This document shows positions 1 through 6,773 of a stretch of 36,286 nt of DNA, in pieces. The stretch covers positions 1 through 36,286 of the forward strand of contig JAGVYM010000047.1 of NCBI GenBank assembly GCA_018303245.1, in the 5' to 3' direction. The position numbers and the translations under genes were made by a program. Within the stretch, counting starts at the first letter, position 1, and each line of letters opens with the position of its first letter. A model generated the notes under the pieces. The model did not search any database. It was not told where the DNA came from and saw only the letters and a list, made by a program, of their open reading frames with translations. This DNA comes from Candidatus Woesearchaeota archaeon. GTDB lineage: Archaea; Nanobdellota; Nanobdellia; Woesearchaeales; ARS49.

Positions 1-240
1 TATGATATGCTCAAAGCCATCCAGGACAAGGGTGGCACGATTATTCCGACCCATCTTCTGTACAAGTCAAACCTTTCCCATCAGCGCATGAAGCTGTATT
101 TGGAAGAGTTGAAAGAGAAGAAACTCTTGATTGAAGGGCATGAAAAAGACAAGTTGGTCTACAAGCTCACCGATGAAGGTTTGGGTTTCTTGAAGAATTT
201 CAAACAGTTGAAGGAGTTTACCGAGGCGTTTGGGTTGTGA
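1..240 (+). CDS. small winged-helix DNA-binding protein; the 5' end is probably outside the window
   Basis: Frame 1 is open from nt 1 (YDMLKAIQDKGG...). K/E-rich wHTH-like sequence (LYLEELKEKKLLIEGHEKDKLVYKLTDEGLGFL), as in small archaeal wHTH regulators. Stop at 238-240. Confidence 0.55.
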   Translation, partial: YDMLKAIQDKGGTIIPTHLLYKSNLSHQRMKLYLEELKEKKLLIEGHEKDKLVYKLTDEGLGFLKNFKQLKEFTEAFGL

Positions 241-243
241 AAA

Positions 244-366
244 GGTCGCCGGCGCCAGGAGTTTCAGGCCTCTCGCCCGCCAACAAAGCGAAAAGCTTTT
301 GAACCCGGAAACCTTTGCAGGTTACGACTGTATCAAAGTTGTTGGCCAACCAGATCGGCCGCCGGC
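244..366. ncRNA. GC-rich structured element, candidate small RNA or structured 3' UTR; class unknown
   Basis: A GC-rich block of about 120 nt in AT-rich intergenic DNA. Terminal helix GCCGGCG(248-254)/CGCCGGC(360-366). Perfect 8-bp helix GCCAACAA(279-286)/TTGTTGGC(339-346). Hairpin AACCT-TTGC-AGGTT (310-323). Followed on the + strand by a T-run (TTATTTTTTATT, 367-378). Strand not resolved. Confidence 0.3.
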
Positions 367-451
367 TTATTTTTTATTATATTGCTGGCTTAAAGTGTCT
401 TTCTCAAACAAAATCGTAAAATCTTCAGCTTTTTCTGAAGAACTACCAGTA

Positions 452-461
452 ACTTTATTAT
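452..461 (+). promoter_or_regulatory. TATA-box-like element for the downstream M50 protease gene
   Basis: ACTTTATTAT is centred about 27 nt upstream of the ATG at 484. The same spacing recurs at many genes in this window. Confidence 0.4.
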
Positions 462-483
462 GTCCCGTAACTAGTTCTGAAGT

Positions 484-1041
484 ATGCACTTTTCCCACAT
501 CGAACTAAAAGAACTGGCAAAAGCGTTGCTGGCAGTCTCGCTGATGTTCACAATAGCGTATGTTGGTCTAAGCACAGCTGCAATCGGCGCGTTTCCAATC
601 ATTTTGCTCACTGCAGGCCTTGGCTTTGTGCTGCACGAGTTAGGTCATAAATTCCTCGCGCAGAAGTATGGTTGTTGGGCGGAGTTTCGTGCGAACAACC
701 AAATGTTGCTTCTTGGCGTTTTGCTCAGCATAACTGGAATCGTGCTTGCAGCGCCCGGCGGGGTGTATATTCGTGGCGCGACAATTCAGCAGCATGGGAA
801 GATTGCGATCACTGGTCCACTGGTGAATGTTTTTCTCGCAAGCCTCTTTGGATTTCTGTATTTTTTGTTTTCTTTAACATTGCTCAAGTATGGTTTTTCG
901 ATAAACTCGTTCTTGGCGATGTTTAACATGATTCCCTTCCCACCCTTTGATGGGCACGCCGCGTGGAACTGGAATAGGGCGGCGTACGGTGTGGTCGCCA
1001 TCGCGGCGATAGTGCTTGTCGCGTTGTCAACGTTCGTATAA
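484..1041 (+). CDS. site-2 protease family (peptidase M50) membrane metalloprotease
   Basis: Multi-TM ORF with the HELGH zinc motif (VLHELGHKFLAQKYG) inside a TM segment and a downstream NxxPxxxxDG-like segment (FNMIPFPPFDG). Confidence 0.8.
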   Translation: MHFSHIELKELAKALLAVSLMFTIAYVGLSTAAIGAFPIILLTAGLGFVLHELGHKFLAQKYGCWAEFRANNQMLLLGVLLSITGIVLAAPGGVYIRGATIQQHGKIAITGPLVNVFLASLFGFLYFLFSLTLLKYGFSINSFLAMFNMIPFPPFDGHAAWNWNRAAYGVVAIAAIVLVALSTFV

Positions 1042-1074
1042 TACCTTAAAAAGAAGCGCAAATAACATAGGATT

Positions 1075-1700
1075 ATGAAAACATACGGTGGTTTATTTGA
1101 AATACTTATTTCGTTAGATAACCTCAAAGAGGCGTATAGAAAAGCAAAAAGGAGAAAAGAACACAAGGCATCAGTTCAGGAGTTTGAAAAGCATTGGCAG
1201 CTTTATCTTGTTCAGCTCCATCTTGAGTTGAAGACTAAAACGTATATTCCTCGAAAGCTCAAGACATTCATCTTACGGGATCCAAAACAAGAATTATCAG
1301 TGTGAGTGACTTTCGCGACAGGATTGTGCATCACGCATTGGTAAACATCTTGCAACCGATTTTTGAGCCACGATTTATGATAGTTACGCAAGCAGGAAAG
1401 GTAAGGGAACTGCGGCCGCACTTGAGCGCTTCGACACTTTCTTAAGAAAAGTAACAAAAAACGGAAAAGTGCGCCTGGCCTCAGAGCAGAACATTGGAGG
1501 TTTTGTATTTAAAGCAGACATTAAGAGTTATTTTGATAGTGTTGACCAAGTAATTCTAATTGAAATTATTGAAGAGCGTATTAATGATAAAGATATACTT
1601 TGGCTCATCGATCGAATTCTGCAAAATTATAATTCAGGCACTCCTGGGAAAGGGATACCTCTTGGAAACTGGACAATCGAATTTTTATACCCTCTTCTCA
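1075..1700 (+). pseudogene. reverse transcriptase (DGR/retron/group-II-like class), frameshifted and 3'-truncated
   Basis: RT N-terminal signature in three frames. Frame 1, 1075-1305: LFEILISLDNLKEAYRKAKRRKEHK...YIPRKLKTFILRDPKQ. Frame 3, from 1308: DFRDRIVHHALVNILQPIFEPRF. Frame 2, from 1376: YDSYASRKGKGTAAALERFDTFLRK...FKADIKSYFDSVD...GKGIPLGNWT. No YxDD motif or thumb follows. Confidence 0.75.
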
Positions 1701-1751
1701 GTTATGTATGTAAAGGTAAAACCACGCCATTTATCTTCAATATAGAAACAA

Positions 1752-2879
1752 ATGGAAGCAAATGAAGTAACTTGGAAAGAGAAGCCAAACGAATATTGCC
1801 ACTGGACAGCTGTGCGAACAGAGTATTTAACGGACTCGAGTAGATTAGTTTTCATGACAAACACGTATCTGGGACTTGCTCCTGAACTAGTGCTTGATAT
1901 TCATAGAACAGCGTTGATTCTTCGAAAAGAGAAAAAATTAGGTCAACGGAATATTTCACGTAAACTTTTTGAGAAATATGGCGTTTTAATTTCTGAAAGT
2001 ACAATTGCAGGTTGGCTCTATCAAGGAAATGTTCCTTATGCAAATTCAAGAACGCAGTTTAAACCTAAACCGATTCCGGCAAAGGATGTGCTGCACAAAC
2101 TCTACGTTGGTGAAGGGCAAAGCGCGAATAAGATTGGCGTGTTATTAGGAGTCTCCACAATAATTGTAATTAACTGGCTGAGACATTATTCTATTAGCCC
2201 ACGAACCCATTTGGAGTCCATGCAACTATTTGATGTAAAAAAAGCACTTAGAGAAAAAGCACGCATTATGCCCACCAAAGAATATTCCACGTTAACATCG
2301 GAAAAAGCTTATGTTCTGGAAGTTTTGTGCGGTGATGGTTATATTGACAAAGGAAGATTGCGTCTTGAAATTAGATACGACAAAGAGTTCGCAGAAGAAT
2401 TTAAGGACTGCATTGAAAAAATTTATGGAGGCGTTCACAAGGTTAATTACTACGCTGCGCGGAATACGTTTATAGTTGACATAAGCCGTGAAGTAATGTG
2501 TTCTGACCTTTTCAAATACGGTGTTTTTGATACGTGGAACTGGATTGTTCCCAAACAAATTCTAAACTCAAATGATGTTAACATTATGGGCAGTTTTGTA
2601 AAAGGTGTCTTTGATAGCGAAGGTCATGTTGAAAAATATGGAATAACGATGCTTACTGCAAGTAAGAATGGGGCAGATAACATGATAACGCTTCTTTCTC
2701 GCTTAGGAATAACTGCTCATAAATACAAGAGCAGGCAGTATGCGGTTATTTCGATAACTCATTGGGAGAATATGAAAAAGTTTTCAGATCTGGTCGGATT
2801 CAACATACGGAGAAAACAAACCGCTTTGGAGAAATCACTTAATGAACGAAAATATCACGTACAAGTCAGAACCAAATAA
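1752..2879 (+). CDS. LAGLIDADG-family homing endonuclease with N-terminal HTH repeats
   Basis: Two LAGLIDADG-type motifs (AYVLEVLCGDGY and GSFVKGVFDSEGHV) with the usual spacing. The N-terminal half has two HTH-like segments (ISESTIAGWLYQG; QSANKIGVLLGVSTIIVINWL). The true start codon is uncertain. Confidence 0.8.
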   Translation: MEANEVTWKEKPNEYCHWTAVRTEYLTDSSRLVFMTNTYLGLAPELVLDIHRTALILRKEKKLGQRNISRKLFEKYGVLISESTIAGWLYQGNVPYANSRTQFKPKPIPAKDVLHKLYVGEGQSANKIGVLLGVSTIIVINWLRHYSISPRTHLESMQLFDVKKALREKARIMPTKEYSTLTSEKAYVLEVLCGDGYIDKGRLRLEIRYDKEFAEEFKDCIEKIYGGVHKVNYYAARNTFIVDISREVMCSDLFKYGVFDTWNWIVPKQILNSNDVNIMGSFVKGVFDSEGHVEKYGITMLTASKNGADNMITLLSRLGITAHKYKSRQYAVISITHWENMKKFSDLVGFNIRRKQTALEKSLNERKYHVQVRTK

Positions 2880-4689
2880 AGATGAAGAATTAAACAATAT
2901 TCTGAATCCTTTGGTGAAAAAATGGTTCCAAGGTAAATTCAAGTCTTTTACACCCTCGCAGCAGTATGCAGTGATGGACGTGCATTCAAGGAGTAACATA
3001 CTAGTATCTGCTCCCACTGGCAGTGGAAAAACACTCACTGCCTTTCTTTCTGTTCTCAACGAACTTGTAGACTCTGCTGAAAAAGGAATATTGGAAAATA
3101 AGATTTATGCAGTTTACATATCTCCTTTGAAGGCATTGGCTTCCGATATCAAAGTCAACTTGATGACTCCACTACAAGAGATGGAACAACTCGCAGGCCG
3201 TTCTTTGGGAATCCGTGTTGGAGTCAGGACTGGAGACACTACTCAATCTGAAAAGAGTCAGATGCTTAAACACTGTCCACACATTCTTGTGACCACGCCC
3301 GAGTCGCTGAGTATTCTTCTCTCATCGATTAAATTCAAAGAGCACCTCAAAAATGTTGAGTGGTGTATCGTTGATGAAATTCACGCATTGGCGGAAAACA
3401 AGCGCGGGGTCCATCTCTCCTTGTCCCTCGAGCGATTGCAAAGACTTTCTGACCATCTCTGTCGCGTCGGTTTAAGCGCGACTGTATCTCCACTTGAAGA
3501 AATCGCAAGATACTTAGTTGGTCCGACCAGGCCGTGCACGATTGTTGACATTCAATTTCTCAAAGAGAGAGATTTCAAAGTAGTCTCGCCGGTCGACAGT
3601 CTGATTGACACGCCGCATGGAGATATCCATCACGCAATGTATGATGTTATTGACAAATTAATTCAGGAGCATAAGACTACGTTGATTTTTACCAACACGC
3701 GAAGCGCGACTGAGCGAGTGGTTGATCATCTCAAGAGTAGGTTTCCCAAAAAATACATTGGGAACATTGGCGCTCATCATGGGAGCATGAGCAAGCACGC
3801 CCGACTTGATATCGAGGAAAAATTGCGGAAGGGGGAGCTTAAGGCGGTTGTTTGCTCGACAAGTCTTGAACTTGGTATTGATATAGGATACATCGACCTG
3901 GTAATCTGTCTTGGTTCTCCAAAGTCAGTTGCGAGATTTTTGCAGCGTGCGGGCCGTAGCGGTCACAAATTGCATGAAACAGTAAAAGCAAGGGTTCTTG
4001 TCATGGATCGCGACGATCTAGTTGAGTGTGCGGTGTTATTAAAAAGCGCGATGGAAAAGAAGATCGACCGTGTCCACATTCCGACCAACGCACTTGATGT
4101 GCTTGCCCAGCAGATTATTGGGATGGCACTTGAGGAAGGTTGGGAAGAAAACGTGTTGTTTGATACAGTTCGTAAAAGTCATTGTTATGCGACATTGAAG
4201 CGCGATGACTTTAATCAAGTGTTAAGCTATCTTGCCGGCGAGTTTGTCGATTTGCAGGACCGCCATATTTATGCAAAAATCTGGCGTGAAGATGGAAAGA
4301 TTGGAAAAAGGGGGAAATTGAGCCGTGTTATATTCATGACGAATGTTGGCACGATTCCTGATGAGTCTTTTGTCACCGTGAAGATTGGGAACGAAAGTAT
4401 TGGCATGCTTGATGAGAGTTTTGTTGAGCGTATGAAGCCGGGTGACGTTTTTGTGCTTGGCGGCGAGACGTATATGTTCAAGTTCACGCGCGGAATGGTT
4501 GCCCAGGTCTCAGCATCGGCAAACCGACCTCCCACAGTCCCTTCCTGGATAAGTGAAATGCTTCCGTTGAGTTTCGACCTTGCGATGGAGATAGGACGTT
4601 TTCGAAGGTTGATGTTTGAGCGGTTGCGCAGCAGTGAGAACCGCAATGCAGTCATCAAGTTCATCAATGAATATTTGTATGTTCAATGA
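2842..4689 (+). CDS. lhr: Lhr-type DEAD/DEAH-box helicase, N-terminal part (helicase core plus wH/beta-barrel region)
   Basis: Motifs APTGSGKT, DEIH, SAT, and QRAGRSGH, then FMTNVGTIPDE and GDVFVLGGETYMF, as in Lhr-core proteins. Ends at a stop at 4687-4689, and homology continues in another frame. Confidence 0.85.
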   Translation: MNENITYKSEPNKDEELNNILNPLVKKWFQGKFKSFTPSQQYAVMDVHSRSNILVSAPTGSGKTLTAFLSVLNELVDSAEKGILENKIYAVYISPLKALASDIKVNLMTPLQEMEQLAGRSLGIRVGVRTGDTTQSEKSQMLKHCPHILVTTPESLSILLSSIKFKEHLKNVEWCIVDEIHALAENKRGVHLSLSLERLQRLSDHLCRVGLSATVSPLEEIARYLVGPTRPCTIVDIQFLKERDFKVVSPVDSLIDTPHGDIHHAMYDVIDKLIQEHKTTLIFTNTRSATERVVDHLKSRFPKKYIGNIGAHHGSMSKHARLDIEEKLRKGELKAVVCSTSLELGIDIGYIDLVICLGSPKSVARFLQRAGRSGHKLHETVKARVLVMDRDDLVECAVLLKSAMEKKIDRVHIPTNALDVLAQQIIGMALEEGWEENVLFDTVRKSHCYATLKRDDFNQVLSYLAGEFVDLQDRHIYAKIWREDGKIGKRGKLSRVIFMTNVGTIPDESFVTVKIGNESIGMLDESFVERMKPGDVFVLGGETYMFKFTRGMVAQVSASANRPPTVPSWISEMLPLSFDLAMEIGRFRRLMFERLRSSENRNAVIKFINEYLYVQ

Positions 4690-5797
4690 TTGTTTGAGTC
4701 GCGCTGTCGCGTTTGCCCTCTCGCGGACACAGCACCGGGATGTTGAACTTGGCATCAGCGATAATGGTTTTTACATCACCGGTTCAAAATTGCTTAGGCC
4801 AGTGAGCGCGTTCAAACTTCTGAAGGCAGACAAGCTTGACACGGTGATGCGCGCGGCGATTGAGAAAAGCGAGGTCTTGAAGCGCAGGTTCAGGCATTGT
4901 GCGACGCGCGCGTTCATGATTCTGCGCAATTATATGGGCCATCAGAAACGCGTCGGAAGGCAAGCGGTGAGTTCGATGATTCTGATGTCGCTCCTCAAGC
5001 GCATCGATGAGGATTTCACAATTTTGAAAGAGGCCAGGCGCGAGTGCTTGGAGGACGTGATGGATATTGGGAACGCGCGAAATGTAATTCAAAGAGTGGA
5101 AAAAGGAGATATAGTGATTACTGAAATTCAGAACACTATTCCTTCCCCGTTCGCGCTCAATCTTGCGTTGCAAGGCTACAGCGATATCCTTCGAATTGAA
5201 GATAAATATGAGTTCTTGCGCAGGATGCACGAGCAGATTCTTGCGAAAATCGGCGGCAGTCAACCTGAACTAATCAACGGCAAGGAGTATGTCCAGCGTT
5301 CGAAGGAGGCACGGGCAGAGTTCAAGGACCAGCTGCGCAGCGAAGTGGAATCCCTTTCAGTCTCAACGTTTATGAAGGCAGAGTTGCTTCGCATCGTGAA
5401 CGGTGAGCGTTCTTCGCTTGACCCTGGTGTTATTAATCTTTTGCAGGGCGTCGAAGCCTGGCCGCAAGAACTGCGTAAGTTTGCAGAAACAGTAAGGGGA
5501 GATCTCAAGAGTTCTGCGTTTTCGTACGAGGATTTCTGGAAAGAGGAGGAAGAGAAACTTTCCGAGTCAGAGGAAGAACAAAAGCGAGCGCTGTTTGATG
5601 AGTTTAATGATGGTGCAAAGAAACTGCGCGTCGATTCACAAATCCGTTACGATGTGTACAAGATGATTGCTGGCGACAAAGAGGGTTTCAGGCAGGAAAC
5701 GTTTCAGTGGCTCAAAGACAACTTTGCCAAAGGAGTTGCTCGCACCTGGAAGGACAGCATTGCAAAGTTTTTGCAGGGGAAGGCCCGGACGTTGTGA
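4616..5797 (+). CDS. lhr: Lhr C-terminal part (DEAD/H-associated domain) in a different frame, plus a K/E-rich tail
   Basis: NDCLSRAVAFALSRTQHRDVELGISDNGFYIT, RFRHCATRAFMILRNY, and PSPFALNL match the DEAD_assoc domain of Lhr. Homology starts near nt 4684. The part of the ORF upstream of that is probably not translated. Confidence 0.7.
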   Translation: MSGCAAVRTAMQSSSSSMNICMFNDCLSRAVAFALSRTQHRDVELGISDNGFYITGSKLLRPVSAFKLLKADKLDTVMRAAIEKSEVLKRRFRHCATRAFMILRNYMGHQKRVGRQAVSSMILMSLLKRIDEDFTILKEARRECLEDVMDIGNARNVIQRVEKGDIVITEIQNTIPSPFALNLALQGYSDILRIEDKYEFLRRMHEQILAKIGGSQPELINGKEYVQRSKEARAEFKDQLRSEVESLSVSTFMKAELLRIVNGERSSLDPGVINLLQGVEAWPQELRKFAETVRGDLKSSAFSYEDFWKEEEEKLSESEEEQKRALFDEFNDGAKKLRVDSQIRYDVYKMIAGDKEGFRQETFQWLKDNFAKGVARTWKDSIAKFLQGKARTL

Positions 5798-5808
5798 ACT
5801 GATGTCCA

Positions 5809-5816
5809 TTTTTTTT
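5809..5816 (+). terminator. T8 run, a likely archaeal terminator after lhr
   Basis: TTTTTTTT lies 12 nt after the stop codon at 5795-5797. Confidence 0.45.
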
Positions 5817-5873
5817 AATCACTTGACAATAATTGCAAAAGTTAAATAATGTGCTCCTTTCACCTCCTAGATT

Positions 5874-6100
5874 GCCGAGGCGGACATTTCGGTTGCCCTG
5901 AAAAGGGTGCGAGTACGACAGCCTCTGTTCGGTGTTCAACCAAACACGTGACGACTGGACTATAGCTCGTCAGCGTGCGTCTACACTGATTAAGCTCGTT
6001 GGTAGCGCGTAGGAGATAACCTGTCATCAATCCACACTCGAAGATGAGGATTCGATAGGGTGTCGGTACAGGCACTCTTACACCGAGTCCAGACCTCGGC
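5874..6100 (-). ncRNA. structured RNA candidate of about 227 nt, possibly a divergent SRP (7S) RNA; strand and identity are tentative
   Basis: The ends pair: GCCGAGG(5874-5880)/CCTCGGC(6094-6100), extended by GGAC/GTCC. Read on the minus strand, the 5' part (GCCGAGGUCUGGACUCGGUGUAAGAGUGCCUGUACCGACACCCUAUCGAAUCC) resembles the SRP Alu domain: a GGUG loop, GUGCCUGUA, and a CCC loop. There are two adjacent perfect hairpins in the middle. A/T-rich TATA-like boxes lie about 25-30 nt outside both ends. No convincing helix-8 (GNAR/AGCA) motif was seen. Confidence 0.4.
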
Positions 6101-6108
6101 TCTTTACC

Positions 6109-6297
6109 ATGCAAAAAAGGAAAAATTTGAGGAAACATTCTCGCAGGCCAAGTAGGAATGGCAAGGGTTCAAAGGTTCGTAAGCTGATTCTTCTTGCGAG
6201 AAGGAACGCGCGAGGGAAAAAGAGAGTGGTGAGTAAGAAGAGTGCGTCGCGTGTCAAGAAATCAGTCAGAAAAAGTGCCGGAAAGAAAAGGCGTTGA
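6109..6297 (+). CDS. very basic (K/R-rich) 62-aa protein, hypothetical
   Basis: ATG ORF, roughly 40 percent Lys/Arg (KKRVVSKKSASRVKKSVRKSAGKKRR). It ends 21 nt before the HIT gene, which has no TATA box of its own, suggesting co-transcription. It could also be non-coding. Confidence 0.35.
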   Translation: MQKRKNLRKHSRRPSRNGKGSKVRKLILLARRNARGKKRVVSKKSASRVKKSVRKSAGKKRR

Positions 6298-6318
6298 TTT
6301 GTTGACAGTTGACCACTT

Positions 6319-6750
6319 ATGAACTGTCCTTTTTGCACCATCGATAAAGGAAAAACAAAAAGTATCCAGGAAAAGGAGCACGTTCTTGTTGTCTTCAGCA
6401 ATCCGCGCTTAATGCCAGGTCATCTTTTGGTGATCCCCAAGCGTCACGTCGAGCGTCCTTCTGAATTAAACGCAGATGAACGTAAAGAATTGTTTGATAC
6501 TGCAATCGAGTTCCAAGAGAAAATTCTCACAAAATTCGCAAAAGGATGTGACATAAGTCAGCATTGCAGACCGTTCTTGCCCGAGAGCTGGACAAAAGTT
6601 AATCACGTGCATTTGCACCTGCGTCCGCGTGAGTTTGAGGATGAGTTGTATCAGAAGTCTCAAAAGGGTGAGAAAGATTTGTGGAAAGACTTACCCCAAG
6701 ATGAATTCAAGCGAGTTCTGCAAACACTTAATCTCACCAAACCTTTATAA
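6319..6750 (+). CDS. HIT (histidine triad) family protein
   Basis: N-terminal CPFC and the histidine triad NHVHLHLRP. Confidence 0.85.
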   Translation: MNCPFCTIDKGKTKSIQEKEHVLVVFSNPRLMPGHLLVIPKRHVERPSELNADERKELFDTAIEFQEKILTKFAKGCDISQHCRPFLPESWTKVNHVHLHLRPREFEDELYQKSQKGEKDLWKDLPQDEFKRVLQTLNLTKPL

Positions 6751-6752
6751 AT
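6744..6752 (+). promoter_or_regulatory. TATA box for proS (leaderless)
   Basis: TTTATAAAT is centred 25 nt upstream of the ATG at 6774 and overlaps the stop codon of the HIT gene. Confidence 0.5.
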
Positions 6753-6773
6753 TCCCTTCTTTCCTCTCGACAT

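Noticed and set aside
244-366. 5S rRNA. The element is about 120 nt, has a GC-rich terminal helix, contains the exact archaeal 5S 10-mer GAACCCGGAA, and is followed by a T-run.
   Set aside because: The motif sits about 10 nt too far from the 5' end, and no upstream CCGG partner exists to form helix III. The two arms are about 24 and 63 nt, against the expected 50 and 40 or so. No loop-E-like segment is present. On the reverse strand the arm order fits better, but the conserved motif is then lost.
230-508. ORF 230-508 (92 aa) spanning the GC-rich element.
   Set aside because: It has no start context or motifs and runs through a strongly self-complementary region and a T-run. It is more likely non-coding.
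1752-2879. Intein inside the RT or lhr gene, because of the LAGLIDADG domain.
   Set aside because: The ORF is in a different frame from both neighbours. It has no Cys/Ser start block or C-terminal HN-C/S/T splice junction. The RT does not resume downstream. A free-standing HTH-LAGLIDADG protein fits better.
1-5800. A complete DGR (template and variable repeats plus a target gene) associated with the RT remnant.
   Set aside because: I could not find any repeat pair of about 100 nt with A-specific mismatches near the RT. The RT itself is frameshifted and truncated.
5874-6100. RNase P RNA. GAAAAGGGUGCGAGUA resembles the bacterial P12 region, and CCAGACCUCGGCU resembles CR-V (ACAGAACCCGGCU).
   Set aside because: There is no GGAAAGUCC (CR-I) element and no P2/P3 hairpin upstream. 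The matches are short and require the terminal helix to act as P4 without any P1.
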